DNA from: Orbicella franksi
Lineage: Eukaryota
Length of the DNA stretch: 64,000 nt
Direction: 5' to 3'
NCBI GenBank assembly: GCA_964199315.1
Contig: OZ116712.1
Span: 2,108,001-2,172,000, forward strand
Positions 53,501-64,000 of the stretch are shown here, piece by piece. The notes beneath the pieces were generated by a model. That model saw only the letters and a program-made list of their open reading frames with translations. It ran no database searches and was not told the origin of the DNA. The position numbers and the translations under genes were made by a program. The stretch's first letter is position 1, and each line of letters opens with the position of its first letter.

Positions 53501-55933
53501 TGGCCTCCTTTTTTGTTGTTTAGAAAGTTGAGTTTTTTGTTTGGCAAGATTTGTATAAATGGTAAAAAGCCACTTCAAAGTTTTGAAAATTTAAAGCATT
53601 TAAAGTTAAACACATCCTATCTACGGATAATGTCGCTTAAATTCATAAAGACTTTTTTCCCATCACTTCTGACATATTACTTGCTGATATCAAACGTTCT
53701 GTTTGTTGCAGGTGCGTCAAATTATCGTACCAAGGAACTGGCTTAACAAGGTATGAATTCAGATGCTTTCAAGGGGCGTGTTCTATCCCACCAAACAATT
53801 CCGAAATGTAGGAAAGGGAGCGAATGGTAAAGAAATTAACCGCGAACAGCTCAACCCCAAATTTCCGAAAAATTTGTTTTCGAAATTCTGGACAAAAATT
53901 TCCTTTCAACGTCGCGTGAATGACCACTTTTCCGGAAAAAAAAATTCTTTCCAATTTTGGTTGAATAGAAAAAAAGTCAAGACAGTTAGTTCAGCTTTAG
54001 CCACAGAAAATAGAAAAGCGTGGGTGTTTCATAAATTACACACTCACACGCGCTTTATATTAAAACAACAACAACAACAACAGCAACCCGGAGGTGTTTA
54101 GAAATGATCGAGTCTCCCGCGCAGGCGTGGTTAAAAACGAGATAATAGATAGAAGCATGAAAGAAACACCAAGTCCTCCAAACATATGCGTGGGGAGACG
54201 AATAATTCGTTAGTAACAACGCTCTGTGAAACTTGTCGGATATACTTTGGGAAAAACAAGCTGCTATTCGTTAAACGTTAGCTTTAAAAAGTTTCTTTGT
54301 TTATCGCAGAAGAGATGAGGAGGACGCGTGGGACTGGATCCTATCTAATGATCTTGGCGAGGCACAGGTCTCCGGATATAAAAGGTACCGCGCTGACTGG
54401 TCACTAGATCTCTCTGTCTGATGTCTTGCAATCCCGGTTAAGTTTAGTCCCCGTTAACTAGATGAGACATTCTTGTATTTGATTGTGTCTATAGCTATTG
54501 AGCTATAACACTTTCTTTTAATAAAATATAAACTTTATTTCTTCACCATCTCTAAGAATACAGTTTTGATGTTGCATGCACTTTTGATGTTTTCAGCGTG
54601 GCAGACCAGGCATGGCAGCTGTTGAAGTTGTACCTCGACAGACTAGGCTCACGTGATGGACACGTGTATTACCGATGTGTCACCAGTAAACTGCTGTCAG
54701 CTGGAGCGGCTCTACCCACGTGGCTGGTGAATGATTATAAGGTGAGGAGGCATACACGGACTATCAGCTCTCGTGAGCTGATAGTCACAAAGTTGACGCA
54801 AATTTATTGAGACTTGTTTTCTGAAACCGCTCTGCCTTTCTTGTACTTTAAAATAGGGAGAAGAAACGGGTCAGGTTTAACGGTTTTAAGTTGGAATTAC
54901 TTTCTCTAATGCTTCTTTTTCAGCGGGTTAATGCTTCTGAACTACTTCGCTTGTACATCAACTACGACCTACTCTTAGAAGCCGTGATGTTGGCTTTGGA
55001 ATACATCGAAGCAGTGTTAGGAAATGGCAAGGAATACTTCGGACTCAAGGTGATTCATACTCTAATTTTCAGCCTTTCTTGGGGAAAAATGTGTGATTTC
55101 TTTCACTTATTCGTGCGGTACTGACAGTCGATTATTTGACTCCCAGAATGCTCTGCACGCCACCAGTCCCAGTGTGTGGCTCCCATACGCGTCTCTGGAT
55201 CAACTGTTGGTGTTGTTAAAAGATGTCCAAACTGACTCGGAGCTAGCTAAGGTAGGCCGTCTTCAGTTTTACCACGAGCTTTCATAGAGCCTTTTTACTC
55301 CTCGATGAAGGTAGCGAAGAACTCTCCTTATCATATGGCTAGCTCCGTGAATGAACAAGATGAACCGCATCCTGCGCTATGATTGGCTACCCGAGCGGGC
55401 AAGATGGCGTCAACTTGCCGGTTTGGGATTACCTGCTGTGTCCGACAACAAAATAGTGTTCTTTTCTACATTGAATGATTCCTTTATTGACCAAGTTTTT
55501 TCTGTCAAGATGGCTGGATTTATCTTCATTCTTTTTTTTGCGTGTTTAAGGACCTCCACTCCGTCTCGGTCCATAAACATGCAAAGAAGATCTTGGCCAA
55601 TATCCAGCCATCTTGACCACACGCTTGGTCAATAACCCGTATTTACTTAAGTCAGGTATTTCTCTATGGTGTATATCATGATGATTTGGTTTCAATCAAG
55701 ACGTCTCCCCTGAGATGTCGAGATCGCAGTGTTTTTTTTAAAACTCAAGCTTTATCGTCCAAGCATTTTAGATATTAATTACGTGGTTCGTTTTTCTGCA
55801 GGCGCGAGACGAACTTACAGAGCTACTCCAAAGATTCCACGACCAAGTTGTCACAGTGTCACATGACACGACGACTGCAGAGCTGACACGAGCTCAGCGG
55901 AAGCACGCAGCAGAATCGATTCCAATACAATGA
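191..55933 (+). CDS. NUP160: Nuclear pore complex protein Nup160, 3' portion (5' exons lie upstream of the window); 27 exons, 979 aa here
   Basis: Exons traced by AG/GT boundaries with consistent phases: 191-295, 438-503, 915-1014, 1485-1546, 2192-2295, 2816-2881, 4391-4491, 5024-5190, 5968-6101, 6600-6667, 7284-7455, 8052-8257, 8564-8646, 8976-9071, 9537-9631, 10057-10153, 10534-10639, 11272-11345, 11430-11522, 11703-11898, 12455-12581, 53712-53750, 54310-54384, 54597-54741, 54924-55049, 55147-55251, 55802-55933 (sum 2940 nt, ends TGA). Peptides match recalled vertebrate Nup160: CWTKFYSYVLQY, ESNLKQLATLEISD, IFKHQLELGHN, HSYYDLLYAFHVFRGNYRKA, CYLAAMNALRL, SPKR, QAGLFDNA, ELLRLYINYDLL, VWLPYASLDQLL. 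Confidence 0.95.
651..887 (+). mobile_element. tRNA-derived SINE (family also at about 5255-5480, 31830-31985 on -, 62091-62385 and 63331-63625)
   Basis: B-box GGTTCGAGCCC, then the shared core TTGTGTTCTTGGGCAAGACACTT..CCACCCAGGTGTATAAATGGGTAC..CATCCCATCCAGGGGGGAGTAG. Confidence 0.8.
1680..2143. mobile_element. MITE with CAGTGGAACCC TIRs
   Basis: CAGTGGAACCC at 1680 and GGGGTTCCACTG-TA ending at 2143. Confidence 0.65.
6775..7140. repeat. 15-bp-unit minisatellite (TTTGG(C/A)AATTCAAGA)n, with a short related patch near 8780-8825
   Basis: About 20 degenerate units, in a NUP160 intron. Confidence 0.85.
7456..8051 (+). other. U12-type (minor spliceosome) GT-AG intron in NUP160
   Basis: Donor GTATCCTTG at 7456; branch-like TTTCTTAAC at 8020-8028; A-rich acceptor without a polypyrimidine tract (AACTAAAAAAAAAATAACAG). 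The frame joins correctly (..DLI/WP..). Confidence 0.85.
10388..10490. repeat. (GACA)n-type microsatellite
   Basis: ACAGACAGATAGACTGACTGACAGACAGCCAGGCAGAC... Confidence 0.85.
10911..11180. mobile_element. Penelope-like-element-derived palindromic insertion with a hammerhead-like motif in each arm
   Basis: Inverted arms of about 105 bp (10929-11037 and 11081-11181). Flanked by a 13-nt near-duplication TTTCCTTCAATTT/TTCCCTTCAATTT that is single-copy in uninterrupted copies of the host repeat (about 22390 and 25820). Confidence 0.7.
12605..12890. repeat. Dispersed repeat of about 280 bp (further copies at about 17630, 20330, 23960, 27400; reverse copies at about 21090, 24735, 29595)
   Basis: Shared GATTGGCTTAAAAA..CCAATCAGAAGTAAAA..CAGCTACATG..GATTACTTTGGTT..ACGACACTC. 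Confidence 0.75.
14194..15096 (-). CDS. GPCR-1: class A (rhodopsin-like) GPCR, melanocortin/MECA-like, 300 aa
   Basis: Seven hydrophobic segments with GN (TM1), LAVSD (TM2), DRF (TM3), CYCP (TM6), NPFLY (TM7) and helix 8 WRLRELR; single coding exon. Confidence 0.92.
   Translation of the reverse strand: MMMNEHNNESANHHSDNEENSTPETVIIINCVLNAPLMLISILGNALVLAAIIRTPSIRSTHMIMLYSLAVSDFLVGLIAQPLFIAKELTKDPLLNNLVVTVSFSVCGVSLLTMTTLSVDRFLALHYHMRYATLVTESRVKYTLIIIWLLSFLASGLFFWNKRLHSFVFSICTILLVIISTFSHIRIYLIVRLHQSQIHAQQQAVQSSSAENNLNMTRLKRSAFNIFLFYIALILCYCPIYVILTVFATSGKDWQTEWNFAHTAVFMNSSINPFLYCWRLRELRAAVVKTARQMLCKQRV
15338..15797. repeat. Tandem duplication of about 230 bp upstream of GPCR-1
   Basis: AAAAGCGACACCTG...AAGATTAAAACACAGTT occurs twice head-to-tail (about 15338-15570 and 15571-15797). 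Confidence 0.85.
16290..17177 (-). CDS. GPCR-2: class A GPCR, 295 aa
   Basis: Same motifs; TM6-TM7 nearly identical to GPCR-1, while the N-terminus and upstream DNA are of the GPCR-4/5/6 type. Confidence 0.92.
   Translation of the reverse strand: MIDQHSDNEDNSTPETIIIINCVLNAPLMLISILGNALVLAAIIRTPSIRSTPHMIMLCSLAVSDFLVGLIAQPLYITKEVITKEELLKNLVVTVAFSVCVVSVLTMTTLSVDRFLALHYHMRYATLVTESRVKYTLIIIWLLSFLASGLFFWNKRLHSFLFGISAIICLLISTFSYIRVYLIVSKHRSQIHAQQLAVQSSNAENNLNIARLKRSAFNIFLFYIALILCYCPIYVILTVFATSGKDWQTEWNFAHTAVFMNSSINPVLYCWRLRELRAAVVKTVRQMLCKQSVQN
18341..18488 (-). pseudogene. GPCR-3: 5' fragment (N-terminus plus TM1 only)
   Basis: MMINKCEKEDNGSANNHSQNEENLTLETIAIINCVLNAPLMLISILGNA, then homology stops abruptly at a junction with the spacer repeat ending ..CCAAATTGCTAAGGAA. 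Confidence 0.85.
19095..19885 (-). pseudogene. GPCR-4: frameshifted pseudogene
   Basis: Starts MIDQSSDHEENCTPETITIINC. About 17 nt of TM2 are missing (ATGCTC|AGATTTT versus ATGCTCTGCAGTCTCGCTGTTTCAGATTTT), there is a 5-nt insertion near 19180, and homology is lost just after NPLLYCWR. The core is GPCR-1/2-like. Confidence 0.88.
21302..21896. mobile_element. 595-bp MITE with TA TSD (Tc1/mariner-type)
   Basis: TIRs CAG(T/G)GAAAC(T/C)TGTATTAAGCGGAC; TA on both sides; the paralogous empty site AACATACATGCATTGG is at about 25328. Confidence 0.85.
22619..23506 (-). CDS. GPCR-5: class A GPCR, 295 aa (probable start ATG at 23506)
   Basis: The ORF track extends to 23650, but paralog GPCR-6 starts at the equivalent Met. 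All class A motifs are present. Confidence 0.9.
   Translation of the reverse strand: MMDQHSNNEDNFTPETVTIINCGLNAPLMLISILGNALVLAAIIRTPSIRSTPQMIMLCSLAVSDFLVGLIAQPFYIAQQLTDDRGLVYHVWRQLGSSLCVVTLLTITAITVDRFLALHYHMRYATLVTQSRVKYVLIVIWFISFLVSVFDVWNESIYQFTVGSIIAISLLISTFSYIRIYRIVRRHQLHIDAQQQAVQSFNAGNNLNIARLKRSAMNTFVFYITLIICYFPMYVLLTLHGLSFLLWQRESEFATTLVLSNSCINPFLYCWRLRELRTAVVKTARKMLCKETEEN
24913..25296. mobile_element. 384-bp MITE with TWA-type TSD (PIF/Harbinger-type); truncated copy at about 29772-29875
   Basis: TIRs AGCC..CT(A/T)CACGAG(C/G)AATTTTTATGTGA; GTA/TTA flanks; the empty site CGAATTATCTTCG is at about 21261. Confidence 0.75.
26049..26936 (-). CDS. GPCR-6: class A GPCR, 295 aa; recent duplicate of GPCR-5
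   Basis: About 7-8 aa differences from GPCR-5 by eye; flanks are also duplicated with a period of 3430 bp. Confidence 0.92.
   Translation of the reverse strand: MIDQHSNNEDNFTPETVTIINCGLNAPLMLISILGNALVLAAIIRTPSIRSTPQMIMLCSLAVSDFLVGLIAQPFYIAQQLTDDRGLVYHVWRQLGSSLCVVTLLTITAITVDRFLALHYHMRYATLVTQSRVKYVLIVIWFISFLVSVFDVWNESIYEFSVGSIIAISLLISTFSYIRIYRIVRRHQLHIDAQQQAVQSFNAGNNLNIARLKRSAINTFVFYIALIICYFPMYVLLTLQGLSFILWQRESEFATTLVLSNSCINPFLYCWRLRELRTAVVKTARKMLCKETEEN
27835..28125 (+). mobile_element. Decayed 3' end of a CR1/L2-group LINE
   Basis: Frameshifted LKDL..RSMAYSLRG ... GRHSFKYFACKTWNSVP.NFRT.PTL.GFKR, typical of the C-terminal tail of CR1/L2-type RT proteins. Confidence 0.6.
28181..28221 (-). 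ncRNA. Minimal type I hammerhead ribozyme motif (U3-A8 variant), Penelope-type
   Basis: - strand reads GCC-UUGAGAA-U-GGUGUCA(CGA)UGACGCC-GAAA-CGUC-GGC: stem I 3 bp, stem II 7 bp, palindromic stem III ACGU, GUC cleavage triplet. Confidence 0.65.
28288..28422. repeat. 135-nt near-perfect hairpin centred on a CUGAUGA...GAAA core
   Basis: 67-bp arms with about 3 mismatches and a 1-nt loop at 28355. Confidence 0.9.
29924..30841 (-). CDS. GPCR-7: class A GPCR, 305 aa
   Basis: Core is GPCR-5/6-like (QQLT.D.G..YHVWR.LGSSLCVV; EFATTLVLSNSCINP), with a different N-terminus and upstream DNA. Confidence 0.92.
   Translation of the reverse strand: MTMNNMDKNNNKSTTHHSDQEENATAAIVIINCVLNAPLMLISILGNALVLAAIIRTPSIRSTHTIMLCSLAVSDFLVGLIAQPFHIAQQLTEDHGFAYHVWRLLGSSLCVVSLLTITAINVDRFLALHYHMRYATLVTQSRVQYTLITLWLISMVVSVFDVWNESVYRFTVGAVIAISLVFSSFSYIRIYRIVRRHQLHINAQQLAVQSFNAGDNLNIVRLKRSAMNTFVFYTALIICYFPMCVLLTLHGLSYLHWQRGSEFATTLVLSNSCINPFLYCWRLRELRTAVVKTARKMLCKETEEN
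32327..33247 (-). CDS. GPCR-8: class A GPCR, 306 aa
   Basis: GN, LAVSD, DRF, CYFP and NPFLY motifs; intact ORF. Confidence 0.92.
   Translation of the reverse strand: MMINNTYKHNNGSAGRYSDNEVNSTPETITIINCVLNAPLMLISILGNALVLAAIIRTPSIRSTSHMIMLCSLAVSDFLVGLIVQPVYIAQVLTDDRLFLHVVKQIGFSLCGASLLTMTVITVDRFLALHYHMRYAALVTESRVKYALIIIWLTTSFAIGFYFLNERVHSFLSGIITIICLLISTFFYIRIHRIVRRHQLQIHAQQQAVQSSDAENNLNIMRLKRSALNTFVFYITLTICYFPMYVLLTLHGLSIKDWKTEWQFAFTAVFMNSSINPFLYCWRLRELRTAVVKTARQMLCNQTEEN
34678..35065. repeat. Nested MITE-like repeats (duplicated at about 42090-42485; inner family also at about 3340-3630 and 3975-4260)
   Basis: Outer TIR AAGAAATAGAAAACATGTCCTGTGTCTCTATCGAGTT / AACTCGATAGACACACAGAGAACATGTTTTCTACTTCTT surrounds an inner repeat containing CTCACTATCT..AGATAGTGAG. 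Confidence 0.65.
35569..35677. repeat. (TTA)n microsatellites; empty counterpart of the retrotransposon cluster
   Basis: (TTA)15 at 35569-35613 and a second run at 35658-35677, between flanks that recur at 42950 and 47820. Confidence 0.9.
36167..37075 (-). CDS. GPCR-9: class A GPCR, 302 aa
   Basis: Intact ORF with class A motifs. Confidence 0.92.
   Translation of the reverse strand: MSNTNKYNRSANHHPDNEDNSTPETFIIINCVLNAPLMLISILGNALVLAAIIRTPSIRSTHMIMLCSLAVSDFLVGLIAQPIYIGDLLLKRRYVYHVAVMSGYSFCVVSLLTITAITVDRFLALHYHMTYATLVTESRVKFTLVIIWLISFLVSGFGLWNERVYSILVGVLIVTCLQISAFSYVRICRIVRRHQLQIHAQQQAVQSSDAANNVNITRLKRSAMNTFVFYIVLTVCYFPLYVLSIRYGTSDKDWQTEWTFVYSLVFSNSSINPFLYCWRLRELRAAVLKTAKQMLCKQTEEN
37881..38810 (-). 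CDS. GPCR-10: class A GPCR, 309 aa
   Basis: Intact ORF; ICL3 insertion RKKVEKSARNTF; CYLP and NPFLY. Confidence 0.92.
   Translation of the reverse strand: MIMDSPGNPGLKKASTDRNSNNEDNSTPETTIIINCVLNAPLMLISILGNALVLAAIIRTPSIRSTHIILLCSLAVSDLLVGLIAQPIYIANELTEDDSIYLVWKITVSSFSVVSLIAITAITVDRFLALHYHMRYATLVTESRVEYTIIIIWLFSFLLSCLKFWNTNAQHLSMGLVILICLIISTLSHMRIFQIARRHQLQIHAQQQAVQSSVAENNLNIARKKVEKSARNTFVFFIALIVCYLPLYIVLTVNAISQWNFQIDWDFASTFIFLNSSINPFLYCWRVRELRTAVLKTARQMLCKQTEGH
39763..40671 (-). pseudogene. GPCR-11: chimeric receptor (GPCR-8 5' end, GPCR-14 core) with a premature stop removing helix 8 and the C-tail
   Basis: TGG>TAG at 39838-39840 directly after NPFLYC. The frame beyond still reads RLRELRAAIVKTAKQVFCQQTEVN to the ancestral stop at 39763-39765. 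Confidence 0.85.
43101..46671 (-). mobile_element. 5'-truncated R4/Dong-clade non-LTR retrotransposon (RT C-terminal part, CCHC knuckle, restriction-like endonuclease), split by a DNA transposon
   Basis: GIFQGDSL (2-nt frameshift), MDDLKTYA, YKYLGV, CRMCNKYDETIDHIVSGC, RPDIVIKD..KFIDM..EKLSKYKDL, ending LQKITLLGTAHILRRVLS* at 43166. The 5' end abuts (TAA)n. Confidence 0.88.
44323..46108. mobile_element. Kolobok-like non-autonomous DNA transposon (1786 bp) nested in the retrotransposon
   Basis: TIRs of about 43 bp (AGTGCAGCTAACCCCAAAATTTT..CGCTAAAACGAATCT); TTAA on both sides (44319-22, 46109-12); AG..CT termini. Removing it restores RT frame ..TYSFN|IIDWKM... Decayed THAP-like remnants on the - strand at about 45540-45857 (GC-SN, RWxDFV, ICSADF, LPT). 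Confidence 0.8.
46734..46939. repeat. Perfect 68-bp inverted repeat running into an assembly gap
   Basis: 46734-46801 is the exact reverse complement of 46872-46939, with a TAA-rich spacer. Confidence 0.8.
47072..47539 (-). mobile_element. Second, shorter 5'-truncated R4/Dong-clade fragment (endonuclease domain plus 3' UTR)
   Basis: ILWDMPIQTDKEIKANRPDIVVKDK..LIDMSIP..EKLTKYKDLEIE..LQKTVLGTAHILRRTLSIK*. The 5' end abuts (TAA)n at 47540. Confidence 0.85.
48310..49218 (-). CDS. GPCR-12: class A GPCR, 302 aa; duplicate of GPCR-9
   Basis: Identical to GPCR-9 from PETF onward; differs only in the N-terminal tail. Confidence 0.92.
   Translation of the reverse strand: MSYTNKYNGSANHHSDKEDDSTPETFIIINCVLNAPLMLISILGNALVLAAIIRTPSIRSTHMIMLCSLAVSDFLVGLIAQPIYIGDLLLKRRYVYHVAVMSGYSFCVVSLLTITAITVDRFLALHYHMTYATLVTESRVKFTLVIIWLISFLVSGFGLWNERVYSILVGVLIVTCLQISAFSYVRICRIVRRHQLQIHAQQQAVQSSDAANNVNITRLKRSAMNTFVFYIVLTVCYFPLYVLSIRYGTSDKDWQTEWTFVYSLVFSNSSINPFLYCWRLRELRAAVLKTAKQMLCKQTEEN
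50122..51051 (-). CDS. GPCR-13: class A GPCR, 309 aa; duplicate of GPCR-10
   Basis: Same length and RKKVEKS insertion as GPCR-10, with scattered substitutions. Confidence 0.92.
   Translation of the reverse strand: MIMDNPSNHELQKGSADRHSDNEDNSTPETTIIINCVLNAPLMLISILGNALVLAAIIRTPSIRSPHMIMLCSLAVSDLLVGLIAQPIYIAKELTEDGSIHLVWKITVSSLSVVSLIAITAITVDRFLALHYHMRYPTLVTESRVEYTIIIIWLFSFLLSCLKFWNTSAQHLSTSLVILICLIISTLSYMRIFQIARRHQLQIDAQQQAVQSLDTENNLNIARKKVEKSARNTFVFFIALIVCYLPLYIVLTVNAISQWNFQIEWNFASTLTFLNSSINPFLYCWRVRELRTAVLKTARQMLCKQTEEH
51868..52770 (-). CDS. GPCR-14: class A GPCR, 300 aa; carries N1.50K
   Basis: Intact ORF; TM1 reads ILGKALV instead of ILGNALV; short ECL3 (SSVSKDW). Confidence 0.88.
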   Translation of the reverse strand: MNNIDLHDNSSGENHSYNEDNSTREAVTIINCILNAPMMLISILGKALVLAAIIRTPSIRSTPHMIMLCSLAVSDLLVGLIAQPIYIAQQLTKHRYVNYVWKIIGPFLCGVSLLTITAITVDRFLALHYHMRYATLVTESRVKYLLIIIWSISLLVPFFYFWKISVQIFLIGVFIVICLIISTFSYIRIYRIVRRHQLHINAQQQAVERSDAENNLNITRLKRSAMNTFVLYIVLIICYFPVYIVSSVSKDWKIGWKFSSTLVFSNSCINPFLYCWRLRELRAPIVKTAKQVLCQQTEVN

Positions 55934-56213
55934 CATTGATCGTGTAGTGTATAAAGTGTGAAACAGAACTGGAACAGATCTGTGTTGTGAGGAAAGACGG
56001 AATTCCGCGAAGAACTCATTCGTCTCGTTTATAGTCAATAGGCTATGTTCGTATTCTCGGTATTGGACTGGAACTAGCTTGTAACCGAGGCAAATGCAGG
56101 CAGTCTTTTTAAATGCAAATGACATTAATTTCTTTTCAAAAATATTCCCCCACATGAGCTTCCATTACAAGCTGGTTCCTCTCCAATAACGAGAATGGTA
56201 TTGATATGGCCTA

Positions 56214-56445
56214 TTCAGTTGAAGCTGTAGTGCTTTTTTTGATCAAGCCCTGTAGAAGAGCTTCCTCGCGAGAATTCGAGTCGTCGCAAGAGTACTCGCG
56301 CGAGTATTCGCAGACTTTCTTTACAATTCAGTTGAAGCTGACGTGCCTGTTTTGATTAACCCCTTTAGAAGAGTTTCCTCGCGTGCGCCCTAACAAGTCA
56401 TCGCGAGAGTGCACGCGCGATTATTCGCGGGACTTTCTTTACATG
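56214..56445. repeat. Two degenerate tandem units of about 115 bp, CG-rich, downstream of the NUP160 stop
   Basis: ATTCAGTTGAAGCTG..TAGAAGAG(C/T)TTCCTCGCG..GACTTTCTTTACA occurs twice. Confidence 0.7.
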
Positions 56446-57853
56446 TAGTCTTGAGAGAGCTTTCCTAAAAAATCGAAGATTCTTCGCATCACCTTAACGC
56501 AGGAGCCTGTTTGACGTTTAAGAATCTCTTTATGCAACCCCGTTCCCAGGCTCACTCCTTTCCCTCCCTTGTCGTACAAAGGAGAGAGAGCCTGGGGTGG
56601 AGGATACCCATGCTGCACAGCAACTTCTCACAAGTCCCGGGCTCTAAATACGAAAAAGATAGCGGTCAAGCGATCCACATCATGGGTGATCAGCATTCAT
56701 TTCCCCTTACAATATAAGTGCATTACCCAGCAGACAGGTGGTGAGAATAAAGAAAGCCATCAGAGCAATGTCTTGATGCACCACCAAATTCTCGTAACTG
56801 ACATTCAAATAACTGTGTGACAAATAGTAAGGAGAATATAGGTTCAATATTAGGATGCAATATACAACTTCGACACTGTTACCTACGACTATCTTTTTTT
56901 GTGAAAAAAAAACTTTTCGGTATTGTATAAATAAAACTTTTGTAATTTAGAAACCTGGGGAAAGCAGTGAGTAAATTATGACATTAAAAGTGACCTTGGA
57001 GAAGAAATTCCTCCGACCCATAGCCCACGTTCGATATATCAATATTCTAAAATGGCTTCGAGACTTTCAGGACAAAATTTCAATTTTCGAGTTGCCTTCT
57101 GCCTCTGTATCAAAACGAGTCTACGTAACTTATTTTTGCAGGAAGACTCGTTTTGAAGCAGAGGCAAAAGATAACAAGGAAATGGCTTATTTTTTTTTTA
57201 ACTTTCTTTTGCCTCTGAATTCCCAAAAGAGACTTGGATAGAAAGAAAAGACCACCAAATCAGGAGCCCATTACCCTGACTAAATATAGAAGTTTGTCCT
57301 GAAAGCCTCGGAGCCATGTTAGAATATTGATTTATCGAACGTGGCCTATCCCTCTGACACCCAGGGTTTAGAAAATCCAAAAACAGAGGCCCAATATAAA
57401 AAAACAACCTTCCTTGGGTAATTTTTTATATTTCAGTTCCCGAAAAGGTTAATTTTATCCACCTGAAATATTGGCAGATTATATTTAACCTTTGTAAGGA
57501 TCACGTGCCGTTACTTTTTTCTTTTATTGGATGAGTCCTGGCCCTCTGCAATCTCCCTTCTCCTCCACAGTAACTGCTCTTCTTGATGCAACTGAAGCGC
57601 GGTCAGTAACCGTGAGAAAGGTGGGGTAAATAGGATGTAGTATCAAAACGAAAAAGACCACGTTTCAAAAGAATAAAAGAAGTGCATTTGGCAAAACCAG
57701 ACGGTGCTTCCACTTATTTTTAGCAAATCCATGATGACGCTCTCTAAAGACATGAAAGGGCACTCAATCTTAGGGAATTTTTATTACAAGAACTACAATA
57801 ATGATTGTCGATCCAATATTCTTTATTTGCGAGTCCTTGCCAATACAGCAGAA

Positions 57854-57871
57854 CACGTGCCAATGACGTCA
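57854..57871 (+). promoter_or_regulatory. Overlapping E-box/CCAAT/CRE motifs 70-90 nt upstream of the NABP start codon
   Basis: CACGTG (57854), CCAAT (57860), TGACGTCA (57864). Confidence 0.4.
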
Positions 57872-57941
57872 CTGATCATTTCTTTTATAAATCTCGTTCG
57901 ATGATTCGTTCGCAGATCGGTGGCGCAGTGAGACAATCTTT

Positions 57942-63053
<5,112 letters not shown>

Positions 63054-63330
63054 TACACATTGTAGTTAGGATTGCTAATATATATATAGATATTTCTTGC
63101 ACATTTCAGTATTAATTAGTGAAAAAATTATTCAGATGCTTTTGTATTTTGTACAGTGCATGTATGAAATTTGCTGGTAATAAAATTAAATAGGTTTTTC
63201 TTTCTTATTTTAACAAAAATAAAATTATTACATAGTACAATTTGGAACAAAAGATCCTTTCAAGTCTCCATGCATTTCTTAAAGTAGGAAGAGTTCTAAT
63301 GTGAAAAAAGCCCTCCCTGCTGGTCTCTGT

Positions 63331-63625
63331 GGAGGCGCAGTGGTCTCATGGTTAGTGCGATTGGCTCCAGATTGTGTGGTCTGGGTTCAATCGCTGGCCG
63401 GGGACATTGTGTTGTGTTCTTGGGCAAGACACTTTCCCCTCACAGTGCCTCTCTCAACCCAGGTGTATAAATGGGTACTGGCGAACGTAATGCTGGAGGA
63501 TAACCCTGCGATGGCCTAACATCCCATCCAGGGGAGAGTAGAATTACTCCCAGTCACTTCATGCCACTGAAACCGTGATAAGCACTGGCCTGATGGGCCA
63601 CTTAGCTGGTATACAGATTTTACCT
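63331..63625 (+). mobile_element. Full-length SINE copy
   Basis: A-box AGTGGTCTCATGGTTAGTGC, B-box GGTTCAATCGC, same core. Confidence 0.8.
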
Positions 63626-64000
63626 ACCGTTTACCTACTTGTCTTCATTTGTTTCCAGTAGAAATATCCAGTAGAAATATCCATTTCTTATTGTCAATAG
63701 TACTGAAAGTGACCCCCCAGGGGGGTTACTCCCAGTAAAATTGGTGTGGCGTGTCGCCTGATTCCTAAACCCTTGCCCTATTTAAGACTCAAAGATGTGA
63801 TTTCCCCTACCCTATTTGACCTGATCAAAAATTTTATACCCATTTAAGATCTGACCCTTAAATAAATACCTTGTTTTAGACCTGCCTTATAAGTAGTCCC
63901 CTAGTTGACACCAGTGTTAAAGGCAATGTTTATAATATGCTTTTATTAGGTAGGATAACTTCTTCTAGAAAAACATACCCAACTCACATTGCAACTTGCG

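Larger units (their letters stand above)
12582..53711 (+). other. 41.1-kb NUP160 intron hosting an antisense GPCR array
   Basis: Exon ..GLAS-AG|GTAGG at 12581 joins TTGCAG|G-TGC.. at 53712, giving ..EGLASRCVKL.., which matches vertebrate ..EGLAFKCIKL... Confidence 0.9.

Overview
Eukaryotic animal genomic DNA. The receptor family and repeat content suggest an anthozoan cnidarian, probably a stony coral; this is inference, not a species call. The window holds the 3' two-thirds of NUP160 on the + strand (27 exons traced by hand, 191-55933, 979 aa in one continuous frame) and then a complete SOSS-B/NABP single-stranded-DNA-binding gene (5 exons, 57942-63053). One NUP160 intron is 41,130 bp (12582-53711), whereas the others are at most about 1.5 kb. 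It contains an antisense tandem array of 14 single-coding-exon class A GPCR cassettes resembling melanocortin/MECA-group receptors: 11 full-length ORFs, 1 nonsense-truncated, 1 frameshifted pseudogene and 1 5' fragment. All copies share an almost invariant TM1-ICL1-TM2 DNA block. Around it, promoter/N-terminus modules are recombined with divergent TM3-TM7 cores, and one crossover maps to 7 bp (40414-40420). Also present: a U12-type minor intron in NUP160; several Penelope-type minimal hammerhead-ribozyme motifs showing C3-G8/U3-A8 covariation; R4/Dong-like retrotransposon fragments in a (TAA)n microsatellite with a Kolobok-like DNA element nested inside; and many SINEs and MITEs. Two N-gaps (about 42970-43100 and 46940-47071) lie inside the array. 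All alignments were done by eye.
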